Part shown: one piece after another, positions 25,294 to 39,848 of the stretch
How the letters are laid out: every line of letters begins with the position of its first letter
How positions within the stretch are numbered: the first letter of the stretch is position 1
Source of the DNA: Neophaeotheca triangularis
Lineage: Eukaryota
Direction of reading: 5' to 3'
Length of the DNA stretch: 64,000 nt
Assembly (NCBI GenBank): GCA_054600435.1
Contig: BAAIJX010000029.1
Location: 62,001 to 126,000 of the forward strand
Translations under genes and position numbers: made by a program
The notes under the pieces: model-generated
Seen by the model: only the letters and a program-made list of their open reading frames with translations
Databases searched by the model: none
Told to the model about the DNA's origin: nothing

Positions 25294-26380
25294 ATGTTGT
25301 CGAGAGCTGCTCGTCCCGCCTTCAAGGCCGGTGCGGCCGCCGCCACTGCCCGGTACGCCTCTCCCCCTCTTCCCCTCCGCAAGACCATCCACAAGGCCAC
25401 AGGACAGTCAGTAGTATCGACGGTCGCTAACACACTCTTACCACCAGCCCCGCGACCGCCGCTGTTGCGCAACAGACCGCGAACTATGCCACCCTCCGCG
25501 AGATCGAAGGCCGCCTCAAATCCATCCGCAACATCGAGAAAATCACCAAGACCATGAAAATTGTCGCCAGCACCAAGCTTACCCGCGCCCAAAAGGTCAT
25601 GGGCGAGTCCATCAGCTACGGTAAAACTACCAATGAGACCTTCGAACAAGCCGAGACCAAGCCAGTCGAGGCCGATGGCAAGAAGGAGCTTCTCGTCGTC
25701 TGCTCCTCCGACAAGGGTCTCTGCGGCGGTATCCACTCCGGTCTGTCGAGGAATGTGCGCTCGCGCTTCAACAACGAGGGCGGCAACCCCGAGAGCGCCG
25801 ACTTGGTCATCTTGGGCGAGAAGTGCAAGGCCCAGCTCAGCAGGAGCAACGGCAAGCAGATCAAGCTGAGCTTCGCCGGTGTGGGCAAGGACGTGCCCAC
25901 TTTCGCCGACGCCCAGGCCATTGCCGACCAGATCGTTCTCCTCCAGGAGGAGTACTCCACCATCAAGATCCTTTACAACAGATTCGTCAACGCCCAATCC
26001 TACGAGCCTACCATCATCGAGGCCTACTCCGAAGAAGCCATTGCCCAATCCCGTACGTTGCAACCCTCTATGCTATACCGAAAGCCTACTCACAAGTACC
26101 CAACTAACACTGAACTACAGCCAACTTCTCCTCTTACGAAATCGACGACAGCGTCCTTGCCAACATGCGCGAGTACGCTCTTGCCAACTTGATCTACTGG
26201 GCGCTGGCCGAGGGCCACGCATGCGAGCAATCTGCGCGTCGCAACGCCATGGACAACGCCTCCAAGAACGCCGGTGACATGATCAACAAGTTCCAGATTT
26301 TGTACAACAGGACGCGACAGGCTGTCATTACGGGCGAGTTGGTGGAAATTATCACTGGTGCTGCTGCTTCCGAGCAGTAA
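25294..26380 (+). CDS. ATP3: Mitochondrial F1 ATP synthase gamma subunit, 3 exons
   Basis: Presequence [10 protein letters not shown], then [39 protein letters not shown] and [18 protein letters not shown]. Confidence 0.95.
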
Positions 26381-27509
26381 AGAGAGTGTTGTGCAAGGGG
26401 TAGGAGAGGACTGTGTCCGTTGTGGGCAGAAATTGGGAAGTGTGTACATATTAGGTACCTTCGCAGTTCTGTTCCTAGGCTGCGTGAAGTTTGCTTTGTG
26501 CTGTGATCTGTCTTTTCACATTTTACTAAGAACGGTAGGTAAAGATTGCCTCTCGAAGACTATCACTCGCCTCTCTTGACCAAATTGCGTCACCTCCCAG
26601 CAACCCAAAAGTTTCAAGCGAACACAGCACGACACTCACTCATTACTACTTCCTTCGAGGCCAGGAATGATCAAACACCACCTACTTCTACCTATCTTCT
26701 AATCACATCTGTGACGTCTATAGTACCAAGAGTGCAGCTTCTCCCCTCCAGACAGTCCCACCGGCTCCAAACTCCTTTACGACCAGCCTTCAGGGCAGTC
26801 CTCCACCGCCCCAGCTCGCCGGCTTGAAGTATTCACCAGCAACGCCTTCATGGCACGAGAGGGAGAGACTGATCGCTCCGACAATTTCGCGACAGGCAAC
26901 TACTAGCTGCCTAGGTACGCTACACCAAAACGTGGTCTCAGCGCCCTCGCCATGGGTGCTTCGTCACGAGGCCACGGATACCGCTGCCATTGTGGCTGGT
27001 CTTTAGCTCGTCTCGGATTACTAGGGATAGGATGCTACTGATTGTTTGGCTCTGGGTGCTTGTGCAGCTGTCACTGAGGGAATGCTCCTGGGTATAGTTG
27101 GGATTTGGCATTTTAATGACATTGAGATGAGAGAGTTTGTGGATGGTGAGTTACTACGGACGGGAATTGGAAGGGTCGGGTCCTGTTTTGTCTTGCACAT
27201 GCATACGAGAACGTAGAGCTGGTCAGCTAGACCTTTGTTACGGTAGTGAACTTGTCTATGCATAAGGCTTCAGGGCTTAGTACTGTATGTATCAGATGCC
27301 ACCTTATACAGCAAGAAGGCTTATCGATAAGCGGAGCTCGGTCGTCACTCCGCCGCTGCCTTACTCAAGCTCTCTCACCTTCAAAGGTCTCACCTTTGAA
27401 TAACAACCCTTTGCGCCAAAACCTCCCCCCCACCTCCGACCAACCGTATGCCCAACTCAAAGCCATTCTAATCACCACCGATCGCGCCACGAGCGCCGAG
27501 GCTCCCATC

Positions 27510-30500
27510 ATGGAAACCTTCAACAGCGAACATGATGCGCCTCCGCAACCCGAATTCACCGTCCTCAAGCAGCGCGTCGATCTAGACGTCGACTTCGCGC
27601 ACCGCGCGCTCAAGGGAACGACCGAAATCACCGTTCAACCCCTCACTGCTTCTCTGCGCCAACTACGATTGCACTTCCGACAAGGGACCATCAAGCACGT
27701 CAACGCCAGCGGCCAGAACGCAAAATGGGAGTACGAGGACATCTACGGGAAGCTGAGGATGCGCGATGGCAGCGGCGTGCAGCAGTGGCAGATGCTCAAG
27801 GAGCGGATTCAGGGATCCTTAAAACCTTCACCCGAGCCGGAGCTGGTGGTGAACCTGCCCAAGAATTTGAAGATTCAAGAGTTGCAACTCGAGGCTGGAA
27901 GCAAGCTGCCGGCCTACTCTGGTGCCCCGCCGAGTTTGCAGAAGCAGGAGAGTGATGCGCTTGCGGCGGTTGAGGCACAGGATGCGCAATCTGTGGCTGC
28001 GCCTGCGCACACGAAGCAGTTTGCGCCGCTCAAGCTCTTGATTGAGTTCGAGGTTGATAGGTTCAGGGATGGGCTGCACTGGGTTGGGTTCGAAGAGGGG
28101 GATAAGAGGTATCCGTATTGCTATACTAGGGTGCAGGAGTGGGCGGGCAGCACTTCGAGCATCTTCCCTTGCCTAGATGACACCGGATCGAAGTACACTT
28201 GGGAGTTTTCGGTCAAGTGCGCGAAGACGCTTGGGGATGCGCTGAAGAAGCCGGAAGCACAGAGAGCGTCTACAGATGGGCAAGGGGATGTGGAGATGAC
28301 AAATGGCTCTTCGACGGCTCAGAGGGCACCAACGGCTTTCAATTCCGACGACTACGTCTTAAACCTTGCAGAGGAGGATGCTGGGATCGATCTGGCAGTT
28401 GTCTGCACGGGTGATTTGGTGGACGACGCGGTGGATGAGGAGGACGAGACTAGACACACTGTCAGTTTCAGCCAGCCTGTGCCGGTCACAGCACGACACA
28501 TCGCCTTTGCCATCGGGCCTTTACAGCATGTCGATCTTTCCGCATATCGCGAAGCCGAAGAAGAGGAAAGGCTTGGACAGAGCGCGGTTAAGGTCGATGG
28601 TTACTGCTTGCCAGGTCGGGCGGATGAGTTGCAAAACACTTGCTTCCCACTCACCATGGCGATCGACCATCTTGGTGTCAATCTAGGCACCTTCCCTTTC
28701 AACACGTATCAAGCGGTGTTTGTTGATGATCAGGTCCAAGATAGTGCTGCCGCTGCTGGCATGGGCCTTTTCGCTTCTCGCCTTCTGTTTCCTGCGGACA
28801 TAATCGAGCCGCTGGACAGACACACGGAGATCTTGATACGGGCACTGGCAAATCAGTGGTTTGGCGTCAGCATTACCCCGAAGTCACCCGAGGACGAGTG
28901 GATCGTTGCTGGCTGCGGAGGTTACATGACAGACGTCTTTCTCAAGAAGCTCATGGGCAACAACGACTTCCGATGGCGCCAGAAGCTTGCTTCAGAAAAA
29001 GTCTACGAGCTAGACGTTGACCGGCCTTCCCTCACCGCTCACGGCGGCCTACTCCATCTAGACCCTTTCATCCGCGAGTTTATGGATTTGAAAGCGAAAC
29101 TTGTACTCTTCGTCCTCGACCGCCGCATTCTCAAGAGCAACGCAACCGCGGGTGTCCTCCGCATCATCTCCAAACTCCTCCTCAACGCCAAGAGCGGCAA
29201 CCTCAGCAACGGTGAACTTTGCACTGCAGACTTCAAGCGCGTATGCGAGAAACTGGGCCACAACAAGCTCGAGCCGTTCTTCAGGCAATGGGTTGTCGGC
29301 GCGGGTGTGCCCATCTTCCACGTGACACAGCGTTTCAACAAGAAAAAGCTTGTCGTGGAAATGACCATTGCGCAAAGGCAGCTAGAGCGCGTCACCAAAC
29401 CTGCCTTCGAGCCGAGCAATTACATGCGCGAAATCAAAGAGTACGTTGGCGAAGTGTGGGCGCCGGAGATACAAGCGGTGTTTACAGGACCCATGACGAT
29501 ACGAATCCACGAAGCGGACGGTACGCCCTATGAGCACATAGTGGAAATCAAGGAGGCGGTCACGAAGCTCGAGATACCGTATAACACCAAGTACAAGCGA
29601 CTCAAGCGATCGCGACGACAGAAGGAACGCTTGGCAGCAGCGACTGGAGGTGGAGAAGCGAACGCTGCTGGTGGCGGAGACGATGCGCTTCTGTATTGTC
29701 TTGGGGATATTCTCGACACGGATGAAGAGAAGCAAGAGTGGCAGCTTGCGGACTGGACACCGGAAGACGAAGAGAAGATGTCTCAAGAATCCTACGAATG
29801 GATCCGCATGGATGCCGATTTTGAATGGATCGGCAAAATACACCTCGATATGCCGCTATATATGCACGTCTCGCAACTGCAGCAGGATAGAGATCTTGTC
29901 GCGCAGTATGAGAGTATGCGTATCGTTATCAACAGCAACCCGCACCCAATGTCTTTTAGCATCCTGCTGAGGACGCTCATGGACCGACGGTATTTCCATG
30001 GGATACGGGAGCTCGCGGCTGAGGGGTTGGCGAAGCTGGCGGTGAAGCAGTGGACGAAGCTCGGCCAGTTTCACTTGATGAAGGCTTTCCAAGAGCTTTT
30101 CTGCCATGAAGGCTCGATCATGCCGAAACCCAACGATTTCGAGGACCGCGTGCAATTCTTACTACAATGCGCTATCCCGCAAGCGATGGCGAAGATCCGA
30201 GACGAAGACGGACAGGTGCCAATGGAGGTGCGACGCTTTTTCGTTGACAAGCTGAAGTTCAACGATAACTCGGTCAACGCTTTCTCTGACGCGCATTACG
30301 TTGCTACGCTCATGACTTGTCTATCCGATGCTTTGATTGCTTCGCACGATAAGGCTGAGCGGAAGAAGGTAGAGGCTGAAGAGAAAGAAAGGACGCATTT
30401 TGAGTTCAGCTTCGGTGATGTGCAGAATGATGAGGACGAGCTCATGGGTGAGAATGAAGATGACGGAACGAACGAGGACAGGCAGTTTGAAGAGGAAGCT

Positions 30501-32327
30501 GTTGAGGAGATTGAGCGGTACCGGCGCATCGACGAGTACATTTCCACCTACCAGAACGTCTACTCGACTACCGCTCTGGAGTGTCTGCAGAACCTGTCGA
30601 AGAAGGGCATCGTCAAGAACAAGGCTGCTGAAGTGTTGCGCTACACCACCAGCAAGAACGCGGACAACGTGCGTCTTAAGGCTTTCAGCTGTCTTTCCGA
30701 GACCGGCATGACGCGCAAGATGGGTATCATGAAATACGTACTGCACTCGCTCGGGGAAGACCACTCGCCCTGGTTCCGCGAGTGTCTTCTTGCTATTTTC
30801 TGCGAAGCTTTGGGACACATTGCCATCTACGACCCCGAGCCGGAGGAAAAGCCGAGGTCGAAGCCTTCAGTCGATACGGGGGCATTGGTGCTCGAAGAAG
30901 CCAGCACCGACGACCGAGCCAAGCAACTCGAATTAGAAGCCAATCGCCGTCGCATGGGTCCCGAAGGCGCTCTCGTTGCTCAGAAAGCTGCTTTGCACGA
31001 CGAGGAAGTTTTCAGGAGAGCTCTGTGGACTGCTGTCACATCTGACACTACCAGCGTAAACGAAACGGCAGCGCTGCTTGACATCGCATCTCTGATGTTC
31101 GAGCCCGAAAATCGCATGTCTGTAATTTTGAATCTTCCCAGAGGCTACCGAGCTCGTCACCTGGGCAGAGGCAAAATACACTTCTATCGCCATGGCCCAC
31201 ACCTCACGAAACCAGCTAAACCCCTTCCTCTCGAGGACTGGGAAAGCGTTCAACAGCTCGGCCTCACCTACACGGGGCCTTTATCAAATGACGTCCGCAA
31301 AGCGGAGAAGCTACGTCTCCAAATCGAGGAAGCGCAGCATCAAAAGGACCGTGCGAGCTCGCAAATGCCGCCACCAGACACCCTTCCCACGCCCTCGAGT
31401 GCCGGCGGCGCCAACGGTCCAGTCAAATTGAGTTTGAAACGCAAATCCAACGCCATGGACGCTAGCAGCCGCGAAGACAGCCCGAAACCTCCCAAGATGG
31501 GGAAGACGCAAGCCCACGACACCCCGAAAATGACGGGCTCCGCGTCCACAACCAACTCCCCTCTCCCATCCACCCCAACAACAGCTGCACCAAAGGACAA
31601 GCCCAAGGGTCTCGCCGTCCCCAAAGCCCGCCGCAACAGCAACACCCCAAGCCTAGGCACCAGCAAACCCACACCGGCCCACCAAAAACCGGCCCGCAAA
31701 CCAAGCCTCCTGCTCAAACTTCCCCTGACGACCTCTAAAATAGCGCGCGTCCAGGAAATCCTCTCGCGCCCACCCAACCCCACGGCGGCAAGCAAAAAAC
31801 GCAAAATCTCCTCGACCCCCAGCACCACCACCACCCCAACAGCAACAGCAACCACCGCGCCCCTCGACCGCCGCACCTCCACCCCCCTCCTCCCGCAATC
31901 CAACTCGGCGGCTTTCTGGCCCAGCATGTCGCCCACCGCTCCCGCTTCCACGGGCACGGCGGCAACCGCACCCGGCAACGCCGGCGGTTTCAGGAGTTAT
32001 GGCGATTTCTCGCAGTCGCCGGCCGCGGAGCAGGGTATGAACCTGGGGGGTTTTAGGAGTTTTGGCGGTAGTGGCGGTAGTGGTGGTGGTGGTGGTGGTG
32101 TCGACGGAGACGATGGGGTAAAGCTTGAAGAGGACGCGCCGCTGGCTGGGCAGGTGAGGAAGCTTGGGAGTGGGGGTGGGAGTGGGAGTGGGGGTAGGAG
32201 TGGGAGTGGGGGTAGGAGTGGGAGTGGGAATGGGAATGGGAATGGCAGTGGGAATGGGGACGCCGAGCCCCCGCTCAAGAAGACCAAGACGTTGAAGCTG
32301 AAGTTGGGGAAGAAGAAGGAGGGCTGA
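27510..32327 (+). CDS. TAF2: TFIID subunit Taf2 (aminopeptidase-N-like fold)
   Basis: [49 protein letters not shown] and [18 protein letters not shown]; low-complexity C-terminal tail. Likely start is ATG 27510. Confidence 0.92.
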   Translation: METFNSEHDAPPQPEFTVLKQRVDLDVDFAHRALKGTTEITVQPLTASLRQLRLHFRQGTIKHVNASGQNAKWEYEDIYGKLRMRDGSGVQQWQMLKERIQGSLKPSPEPELVVNLPKNLKIQELQLEAGSKLPAYSGAPPSLQKQESDALAAVEAQDAQSVAAPAHTKQFAPLKLLIEFEVDRFRDGLHWVGFEEGDKRYPYCYTRVQEWAGSTSSIFPCLDDTGSKYTWEFSVKCAKTLGDALKKPEAQRASTDGQGDVEMTNGSSTAQRAPTAFNSDDYVLNLAEEDAGIDLAVVCTGDLVDDAVDEEDETRHTVSFSQPVPVTARHIAFAIGPLQHVDLSAYREAEEEERLGQSAVKVDGYCLPGRADELQNTCFPLTMAIDHLGVNLGTFPFNTYQAVFVDDQVQDSAAAAGMGLFASRLLFPADIIEPLDRHTEILIRALANQWFGVSITPKSPEDEWIVAGCGGYMTDVFLKKLMGNNDFRWRQKLASEKVYELDVDRPSLTAHGGLLHLDPFIREFMDLKAKLVLFVLDRRILKSNATAGVLRIISKLLLNAKSGNLSNGELCTADFKRVCEKLGHNKLEPFFRQWVVGAGVPIFHVTQRFNKKKLVVEMTIAQRQLERVTKPAFEPSNYMREIKEYVGEVWAPEIQAVFTGPMTIRIHEADGTPYEHIVEIKEAVTKLEIPYNTKYKRLKRSRRQKERLAAATGGGEANAAGGGDDALLYCLGDILDTDEEKQEWQLADWTPEDEEKMSQESYEWIRMDADFEWIGKIHLDMPLYMHVSQLQQDRDLVAQYESMRIVINSNPHPMSFSILLRTLMDRRYFHGIRELAAEGLAKLAVKQWTKLGQFHLMKAFQELFCHEGSIMPKPNDFEDRVQFLLQCAIPQAMAKIRDEDGQVPMEVRRFFVDKLKFNDNSVNAFSDAHYVATLMTCLSDALIASHDKAERKKVEAEEKERTHFEFSFGDVQNDEDELMGENEDDGTNEDRQFEEEAVEEIERYRRIDEYISTYQNVYSTTALECLQNLSKKGIVKNKAAEVLRYTTSKNADNVRLKAFSCLSETGMTRKMGIMKYVLHSLGEDHSPWFRECLLAIFCEALGHIAIYDPEPEEKPRSKPSVDTGALVLEEASTDDRAKQLELEANRRRMGPEGALVAQKAALHDEEVFRRALWTAVTSDTTSVNETAALLDIASLMFEPENRMSVILNLPRGYRARHLGRGKIHFYRHGPHLTKPAKPLPLEDWESVQQLGLTYTGPLSNDVRKAEKLRLQIEEAQHQKDRASSQMPPPDTLPTPSSAGGANGPVKLSLKRKSNAMDASSREDSPKPPKMGKTQAHDTPKMTGSASTTNSPLPSTPTTAAPKDKPKGLAVPKARRNSNTPSLGTSKPTPAHQKPARKPSLLLKLPLTTSKIARVQEILSRPPNPTAASKKRKISSTPSTTTTPTATATTAPLDRRTSTPLLPQSNSAAFWPSMSPTAPASTGTAATAPGNAGGFRSYGDFSQSPAAEQGMNLGGFRSFGGSGGSGGGGGGVDGDDGVKLEEDAPLAGQVRKLGSGGGSGSGGRSGSGGRSGSGNGNGNGSGNGDAEPPLKKTKTLKLKLGKKKEG
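32165..32260 (+). repeat. Degenerate GGGAGT/GGGAAT hexamer repeat encoding a Gly-Ser/Gly-Asn tail of Taf2
   Basis: Tandem hexamers are visible in the sequence. Confidence 0.85.
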
Positions 32328-32997
32328 GGTGGATGGGTCTTGCTCCGAGGGGATTCCAGAAATTGAAGGACGGGTTCCGAGGGGTGTTGTTGCATCGTCG
32401 CCACGCATTGTCGTGGTGCGTCGAATTGGGACCCAGGGGTGGGGGGGGGGGGGGTGGCGGAATCGTTCGTTGTATTATCTTTGGAATGGCTCGGGTGCTT
32501 TTCTTTTTTAAGCGAGGCGTTGGTGGTTTGCTGTGTGTTTTGACCCCCTTGGTTGGGCTGGCTGGCTGGCTTGGAGACTTGGTAGACAGACACCAGGTAC
32601 ATTGTCGTGTCTCCTTGATTACTATCCATCCGGAGTACTGCTGGCCCGTGCACGGGGCCAATGTCCAGCTTACGGGGTCGACGAAAACGCGTGATCATTT
32701 TTTTAACTGGCACCCAAGGAAGGGCATTGAGAAAGGAAAAGCAATAGTAAGAAATCTCTTCATTATTATCAAACAGCGATCCCGCCAGTAGTCGCGCCAA
32801 ACGCCCCGCTCAAAAACGTCCATGCCACTGGAGACGCAAGTAAGCAAGCAAGCAAGCAAGCAAGCACCTCCAATCCCCCACCATAGCGCCAAAGCTTCCC
32901 CATGGCCCAGAAAAAAAAAAAAAACGCCCGTGTCCCGGCTGAAAAACGTTACAAGCCAATCCGTGACATCCATCACTGCGCCGTTGTGGAGAGCCGT

Positions 32998-34037
32998 CTA
33001 GGCACTGGCAGTCTGCCCGCCATCGACGGTGAGATCCGAGCCCGTCATCCAGCTGCTACCGGGCGACAGCAGGAAGACGGCGGGCGCTTTGAAATCTTCC
33101 GGCGCTCCGAGCCGGTTGAGCAGTGCGCCGGCCATCCAGGTCTGCTCTACTTCGGGTTTGGCGGTGAGGAGTTGGTCCGTCATGGCTGTGCGGATGTACT
33201 GGTTGGGGTTAGTTGGGGGGGAGGGTTCTTCTTCTTCTTTTTAGGGGGGGCAGCTTACGCCGGGGGAAATGCAGTTGATGCGGATACCGTGGACGCCGAT
33301 TTCCTGCGCCATGGAGCGGCAGAGCTGGAGCACGGCGCCTTTGCTCGTGTTGTAGGCGGAGCAGGTCAGCCCCTGTTGATATGTTAGCGAAAAGAAGGAA
33401 GGGCAGATAGATACAGAGGGCGGCGCTCGGGAGCGAGACTCACCCTGTTGGCGACGCGGCCGGAAATGGAAGCGATCAACACGATACTCCCCTGCACGCC
33501 GTTCTCCATCATGGTTTTGGCGGCCAGCTTGGCCGTGACGAAGGTCCCCGTGGCATTGACGCGCATCATGCGATCGAAGTCGGCAGCAGGGTAGTCGAGC
33601 ACGGGCGTCATCTGCTGGATTCCCGCGCAAGCAATGACGCCGCGCAGCGGTGCTTCCGTGGTTTGGGCCCGCTCCGACACCGTCTTGAAGACGTCGGCCA
33701 TGCTCTGCTCGCTCGTGATGTCGCCGCGGTAGTAGGTGGCGGTCGAGCCGGCTTTCTTGGCGGCCGCTTGCAGCAGCGGCCATTGCTCTGCCGTGGGCTC
33801 CGGGAGGATGTCGACGCAGGCGACGTGCGCGCCTGCTTCCGCGCAGCCGATGGCTTGGGTGAGGCCTACGCCGCGGCCGCCGCCGGTGATGAGGATGGTG
33901 TGGTTTTGGAGGGAGAAGAGGGAGGCCGAGGGGCCTTGGGCGTGGGTTTCGTGGGATTCGGGGATTTGGTCGGGCAGCGCGTGGTCCCGGCCGATGGAGG
34001 TGGTGATTTTGTGTACGTTGTCGATGTCGGGGGCCAT
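32998..34037 (-). CDS. Short-chain dehydrogenase/reductase (D-arabinitol/polyol dehydrogenase-like), 3 exons
   Basis: TGGGRGVG cofactor motif, VNATG, ASISG, YNTSKG (YxxxK), GIRINCISPG and WMTGSDLTVDGG; two GT-AG introns. Confidence 0.88.
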
Positions 34038-36400
34038 GGTTGGGTAGGGGAAAGGTGGTTGGTTGTTGGAGAGGGACTTGGGTTACTTGGGCTATGGTGG
34101 TGCTGGGAGGAAATGTACACGGTTTCAAACGTGAGGAGAGGAGAAACGAGGTGAATGGAAGGGTGGTCTCTTATGTTGTCTGCCTACCTATGTTAAAAAG
34201 GACTCGAGCATCAAAGACCATCATGGGTGAGAGCAGTGGGTCGTTGAAGAGTTAGCATCAGAACTTGCAAAACGCGTCGTCAACAGTTTGTCCTTTTCTT
34301 TTTTTCTCATCTGCTCGTGCCATGTCAGAGAGGCAAAGATAGCTTAGATAGACTGCCAGTGTTACAAGCGCTGGGTGGATAGCTCGAAGGAGTAGTCCGT
34401 CGTCTTGTGAGGGAAAAAAGAAGAAAAGGTTGCAAAGGCAAAGCAGGCGTTTAAAATTACCGCTTTGGGATAAGCCGGTGGTGAGGGTGAATACCTAAGG
34501 TAAGGTTAGTGTTGTAGACATTACCTCAGCTATACAGACAATATTACTAATCAATGTAACATTATACATGCTATTCCTCTATCATGCACGTGATCATCGG
34601 AGCTCCGACTTTGATGCCAGAGTCAGACAGGCAGAATGAATAAAATAATAATAACAATAATAATAATGCAGAAGGGAGCCGGTCGACACAACAAAAGATG
34701 GATCTTGCCAAGTTTCCGTTCCAATCCAAAATTATTGGAACCTTTTACCTTTTCACTGCTGGTGTCCACTGTCCAGCCCACCCACTCCACCGTCAACCCC
34801 GTCAACCCCGGGAGGTCAGACTTGGTGCCAGGCCGGCAGATGCCCATTATTGTAATTAATTCCTTGTCGGTCGACTGTCGGCCGCATCTTCGGTCGTTAG
34901 AAGACGGGGCTGTACCCTAACCCATATACCCGGCAATCAACCGAGAGCCAGATCTTACCCGACGTCTCTCTTGAGTTCTCAATTGGAGCCTCGTCACGAG
35001 TCCTGTCGTGCTGCTACCGAGTAATTTAACTTACACCTTATGCTTCCCTACACAGGCTGTAAAGTGGCACAAAAGCCACCATGTTAAATCAAAGCACGAA
35101 CCTATCCCTACCCCCGAGTACCCTTTTCTCAAGGCCGGGCTTCTTGTTCGTGTCATGGAAAAAATACTACCTACCTCGACTATTCGGATGACGTTGCTCC
35201 GCCATACCGAGTCCCGCCATTACTGAGCGAGATCCGGCTGGGTATCCGCACCCGCAATCCATGTACTCCACGAAGCCTGAAGCGCTTGTTTAGTCTTTGA
35301 CCAATTTCTCTCGCGGAGCACAGTGGGCCGTGGGGCGTGCGGAGACTCCACTACATAGTATTCACGAGCTTGGTGGAGCATGTGTCGTGGAGCCGGCAGC
35401 TTGTCTACCTACCGTACCTTACCTACTGTACCTACCTACCTACACAAGCCTCATATCTCCTCCTCCTCCATTCTTATTCTTGTTCTTATGCAACCACCAC
35501 TTGTTGATGACGGAGATTTCGGTCCGATTATATGCAACCTACCTTGGGTATTGTCCAAAGCCATTGACGAGCAGCCCCGGTTGAGCCATGACTTGCACCG
35601 CATTATGTAGAGGTGGGGTGGGGTCATGGCATCGAGCGTGTACCTACTCTACATTATTACTTACTAGTACACCTCGGTCTACCTCGCAAGGCTGGGGACG
35701 GGAGCCAAGAGAGGAGGAATCTCTGGCCTCCTCCTCGTGAAGCAAACAGACAGCATGGCTACGGCCTTAGCCAGTGTGGTATAACCGTACGTATACCCAA
35801 TGGTACGCCTATACCATAGAGGGTCGTCTCATCTAGACACTAAACTTGACCATCCATGTATTCGATAACTATACCACAACTGGTAACGTCAAGGCTAACT
35901 ACCGATCCCTGCTGCCGTCTCGGCTTCTAGACTCCAAAGACTACGGTAGCAGGCTTAACGTCCAGTCTTAAACCCGCAGTATGATGATGCCATTGAAAGC
36001 CAGTCTCATGCTTTATACCAAGGCACTACTGGTATGAACGATACGAGTCGTGGGCTCAATCTAACTTCAGGTGGAGTTGCTGCAACAACGCCCCGCAGTC
36101 CAAGAAAGACCACGCGCACGCACGCGGTACACGCTCCCAGCCCTTACTATTCCCTTCTTCACTCACTCACAAACGTTGCAAGCGTCTTGGCCGAAGCTAA
36201 TCTTGCCCACATCCTCCTTGGTTTATCCGATGCCATCCAACCACCCCACACATACCCGCCTCTTTCCAGCAACTAGACATGGGCAATGCCGAAGAAGAGC
36301 CAGAGATTTGGACCATCTTGAAAGATATAAAAGCAATGGAAGATGCCCTTCCAACTAAAACTACCCTCTTCAGAGACAGCAGCCATCTTACTTTTCAAAT

Positions 36401-38921
36401 ATGGTCTTCACCAAGCCCCTCGCATTGACGGCTTCCCTTCTCGCCTGCCACGCGGCCGGTCAAGAATTCCAAAGCAGTGGCCGCGACGAAGACGCTTTCT
36501 CCTACGTTCAGCCCGCCGACTGGCCTGTCCTTGGTCCTTACGGTAACTCGCCTCAGGTACTTCCCTCTCCCAACATCACTGGTAACGGTGGTTGGGACGA
36601 GGCTTTCCAAAAGGCGCAAGCCTTCGTCGACCAATTGACCGTCGACGAGAAGGCTTTGATGGTGACTGGTGCCCAAGGCCCATGCGTTGGCAACATCCGC
36701 CCCATCGAAAGACTCGGCTTCAACGGTCTCTGCCTCCAGGATGGCCCCTTGTCCCTTCGTTTCGCCGACTACGTCAGCGTCTTTTCTGCTGGCGTTTCTG
36801 CCGCCTGCACCTGGGACAGGGAGATCATCCACGAGAGAGGTGAGGCCATGGGCAAAGAGTTCAAGGCCAAGGGAGCCCACATCGCCCTCACGTACGTTCA
36901 AGCCGACCTTCTTGCTCTCCCATATCCTTTGCTGACCCTTTTATAGCCCCGTGTGTGGTGCCCTCGGCAGATCTGGCTATGCTGGCCGCAACTGGGAGGG
37001 ATTCTCTCCCGACCCCTACCTTACTGGTGTGGCCACTGCCGAGACTATCAAGGGTCACCAGGACGGCGGTGTCCAGGCTACCGTCAAGCACTTCATCGGC
37101 AACGAGCAGGAAATCCAGCGCAACCCCACCTTCGACCCCAACGGCACCATCACCGACAAGGATCAGGAGGCCATCTCCTCCAACATTGACGACAGGACTA
37201 TGCACGAACTCTACCTCTGGCCCTTTGCCGAAGCTGTAAAGGCCGGTGTCGCTGCCGTCATGTGCTCCTACCAGAGATTGAACGGCTCGTATGCTTGCGA
37301 GAACACAAAGGCCCAGAACGGCCTGCTCAAGGGCGAGCTCGACTTCCAGGGTTTCATCATGAGCGACTGGGGTGCGACCCACTCTGGTGTTGCCTCCATG
37401 GAGGGTGGTCTTGACATGAACATGCCCGGTGGACTCGGATCCTACGGCTTCACCTTCGAGGGTGTGGGCTCTTTCTTCGGTGGCAACGTTTCCGCTGCCA
37501 TCAACAACGGCTCCATCCCTGAGTCTCGTGTCAACGACATGATTCACCGTATCATGACTCCTTACTACTACTTCGGCCAAGATCAGGACGACTGGCCTCT
37601 CGTTGACCCCTCGTCTGTGTACCTCAACACCAACTTCGGTGAACCATCCAACTGGGCCCAACAAGACTGGAGCGCCATGGTCGGCGGTGAAAGCAGCCGT
37701 GATGTTCGCGAAAACCACAGCGAGCTCATCAGGAAGCATGCCAACGCAGCCACGATCCTCTTGAAGAACGAGAACAACGCCCTTCCCCTCAAGAAGCCCA
37801 AGTCCATCGCCATCTTCGGTAACGACGCCGGCGACCCTACTGAGGGTTTCTACAACCAGGACAACTTCGAGTTCGGAACCCTTGTTGCTGGTGGTGGCTC
37901 CGGTACCGGTCGCTTGACCTACATCGTCACCCCCCTTGACGCTTTCAAGCGCAAGGCCTACGAGGACGGTGCGCTCCTCCAGCAATGGCTCAACAACACT
38001 CTGATCATCGAGAGCGATGTCAACGACTTGTGGATCGAGCCCGAGCCCGAGGTCTGCGTTGTCATGCTCAAGACCTGGGCTGAGGAGGCCGATGACCGCG
38101 AGAGCCTGAGCTTTGACTGGAACGGTGCGGAAGTTGTCGAGTCTGTCGCCAGCGCTTGCGGTAACACCATCGTTGTCACCCACTCCGCCGGTATCAACCT
38201 GTACCCCTTCGCCGACCACCCCAACGTTACCGCCATCGTCGCTGCCCACTACCCTGGTACCGAATCCGGCAACTCCTTGATTGACACCCTGTACGGTGCC
38301 AACAATCCATCTGGAAAGCTTCCTTACAGCGTCGCCTACGAGGGTGACGACTACAACGCACCCCCTGTTACCTCGGTCAACAGCACTGACCAGTACGCCT
38401 GGCAAGTCTACTTCGAGGAGGGCGCCATGATCGACTACCGCCACTTCGACGCCGAGAACATCGACGTCCGCTACGAATTCGGCTTCGGGCTCTCCTACTC
38501 GACCTTCGAGCTATCCGACATGTCGGTCGAGCCCGTCGTCGCCGAAATCGCCGCTGCCGCCGAAGCCCTCCCCGTCGCTCCCGGCGGTAACCCGGCCCTG
38601 TGGGAAACCCTGTACAACGTCACTGCCACCGTCACCAACACGGGCGAGCACGACGGCGCTCAAGTCGCCCAGCTCTACGTGGCCTTCCCCGCCAGCGCAC
38701 CCGAAGGCACGCCCCTCCAGCAACTCCGCGGTTTCGAGAAGCCCTACCTCTGCGTCGGCGAGAGCGCCCAAGTCTCTTTCGAGCTCCTGCGCCGCGACCT
38801 CAGCTACTGGGACGTCGTCTCGCAGTCCTGGCTGATCCCCGACGGCGACTTCACTTTCAGCGTCGGTTTCAGCAGCCGTGACTTCAGGCTCGATGCTACC
38901 GCCGCTGTTGTTAATGCTTGA
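36401..38921 (+). CDS. Secreted GH3 beta-glucosidase, 2 exons
   Basis: Signal peptide, LCLQDGP, GRNWEGFSPDPYL, KHFIGNEQE, the nucleophile motif FIMSDWGAT, and a C-terminal FnIII-like region (LRGFEK...DLSYWD). Intron about 36892-36946. Confidence 0.95.
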
Positions 38922-39848
38922 GACGAAAGACGAAGACGAAGACGAAACGAAACGAAACGGTTCGGGAATATTTTTTTTTCCAACCTATGATTGTGACGAA
39001 TGCTTGGGTGGTTTTGTAGATAGATAGTGTTGTGTAATGGATATCTTTGGCCTCTTTTCTAAGGGGGCCGGGTTTGGATCTATCTCTCTAGGTATCATCT
39101 TTGTGCCTCTCGCTCTCTGGCGTGTTGCTCACCGTGTTTTATTGCCCTTCCGATTGACTCGGCGATGGGGCATTATCCCTTTTGTTTGACGTTTTCGGGG
39201 CATGCGATTTTACAGGGGGAGGGTTGGGGTCAGAGAGTTGGCTGGGGTTGTTGGGTGGGAGAGTAGCGCGACTGCGAGCCAGGTTCTCTTCAGACGGCCC
39301 GGGATTTTATGTGATTATGTACCCGGTCCAGGGGGGCGAGTTTGTGAAGGTGTGAATGTGGGTGTGGCGCGATAAAGGATGGAATCACGGGGGCTCTGGG
39401 GGTTTGCCTCTTCGGCAACCGTAGGTGCTCAAGCAGTTCGCGGGCTAGAGGGGACAGGGGTTGTGACATCGCGGCGTTGAGGGGGGAGCTGGCTTGTTGG
39501 GCTGCTTTTGAACCATAAGGTGCAGCGCTGGGATTATTGTGAGGGCGGGGTGTGGCTTGATAGGTGACGCTGGGAAGGAAGCACTCGAGACCGCAAGTGA
39601 GTGCCGTGCCATCTCCATGAGTCCTCGAACGCTGAACGTCCCTGTTCTACCACAACTCTCACCCTAAAAGTCAGTCTTCCCACAAGCCGACATCGGCATC
39701 CCAATGGCTAGCTAGCTACAGTCATCGCGTCCCGCAGCAACCGGCGAGCTTCAGCAGTACCTAACAGTCAACACTGAAAGATGCCAACCTACATACTCTC
39801 ACCACCTCCCTGTCCAAACAACCCCCAGCACATCCCAAATCACCCACC

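Noticed and set aside
27246..27509. Upstream extension of the TAF2 ORF
   Set aside because: Begins at GTG with non-coding-like composition; ATG 27510 has a good context.
34914..34923. ACCCTAACCC, telomere or telomerase-template-like 10-mer
   Set aside because: A single 10-mer match in any register is expected about once by chance in 64 kb; no supporting structure recognised.
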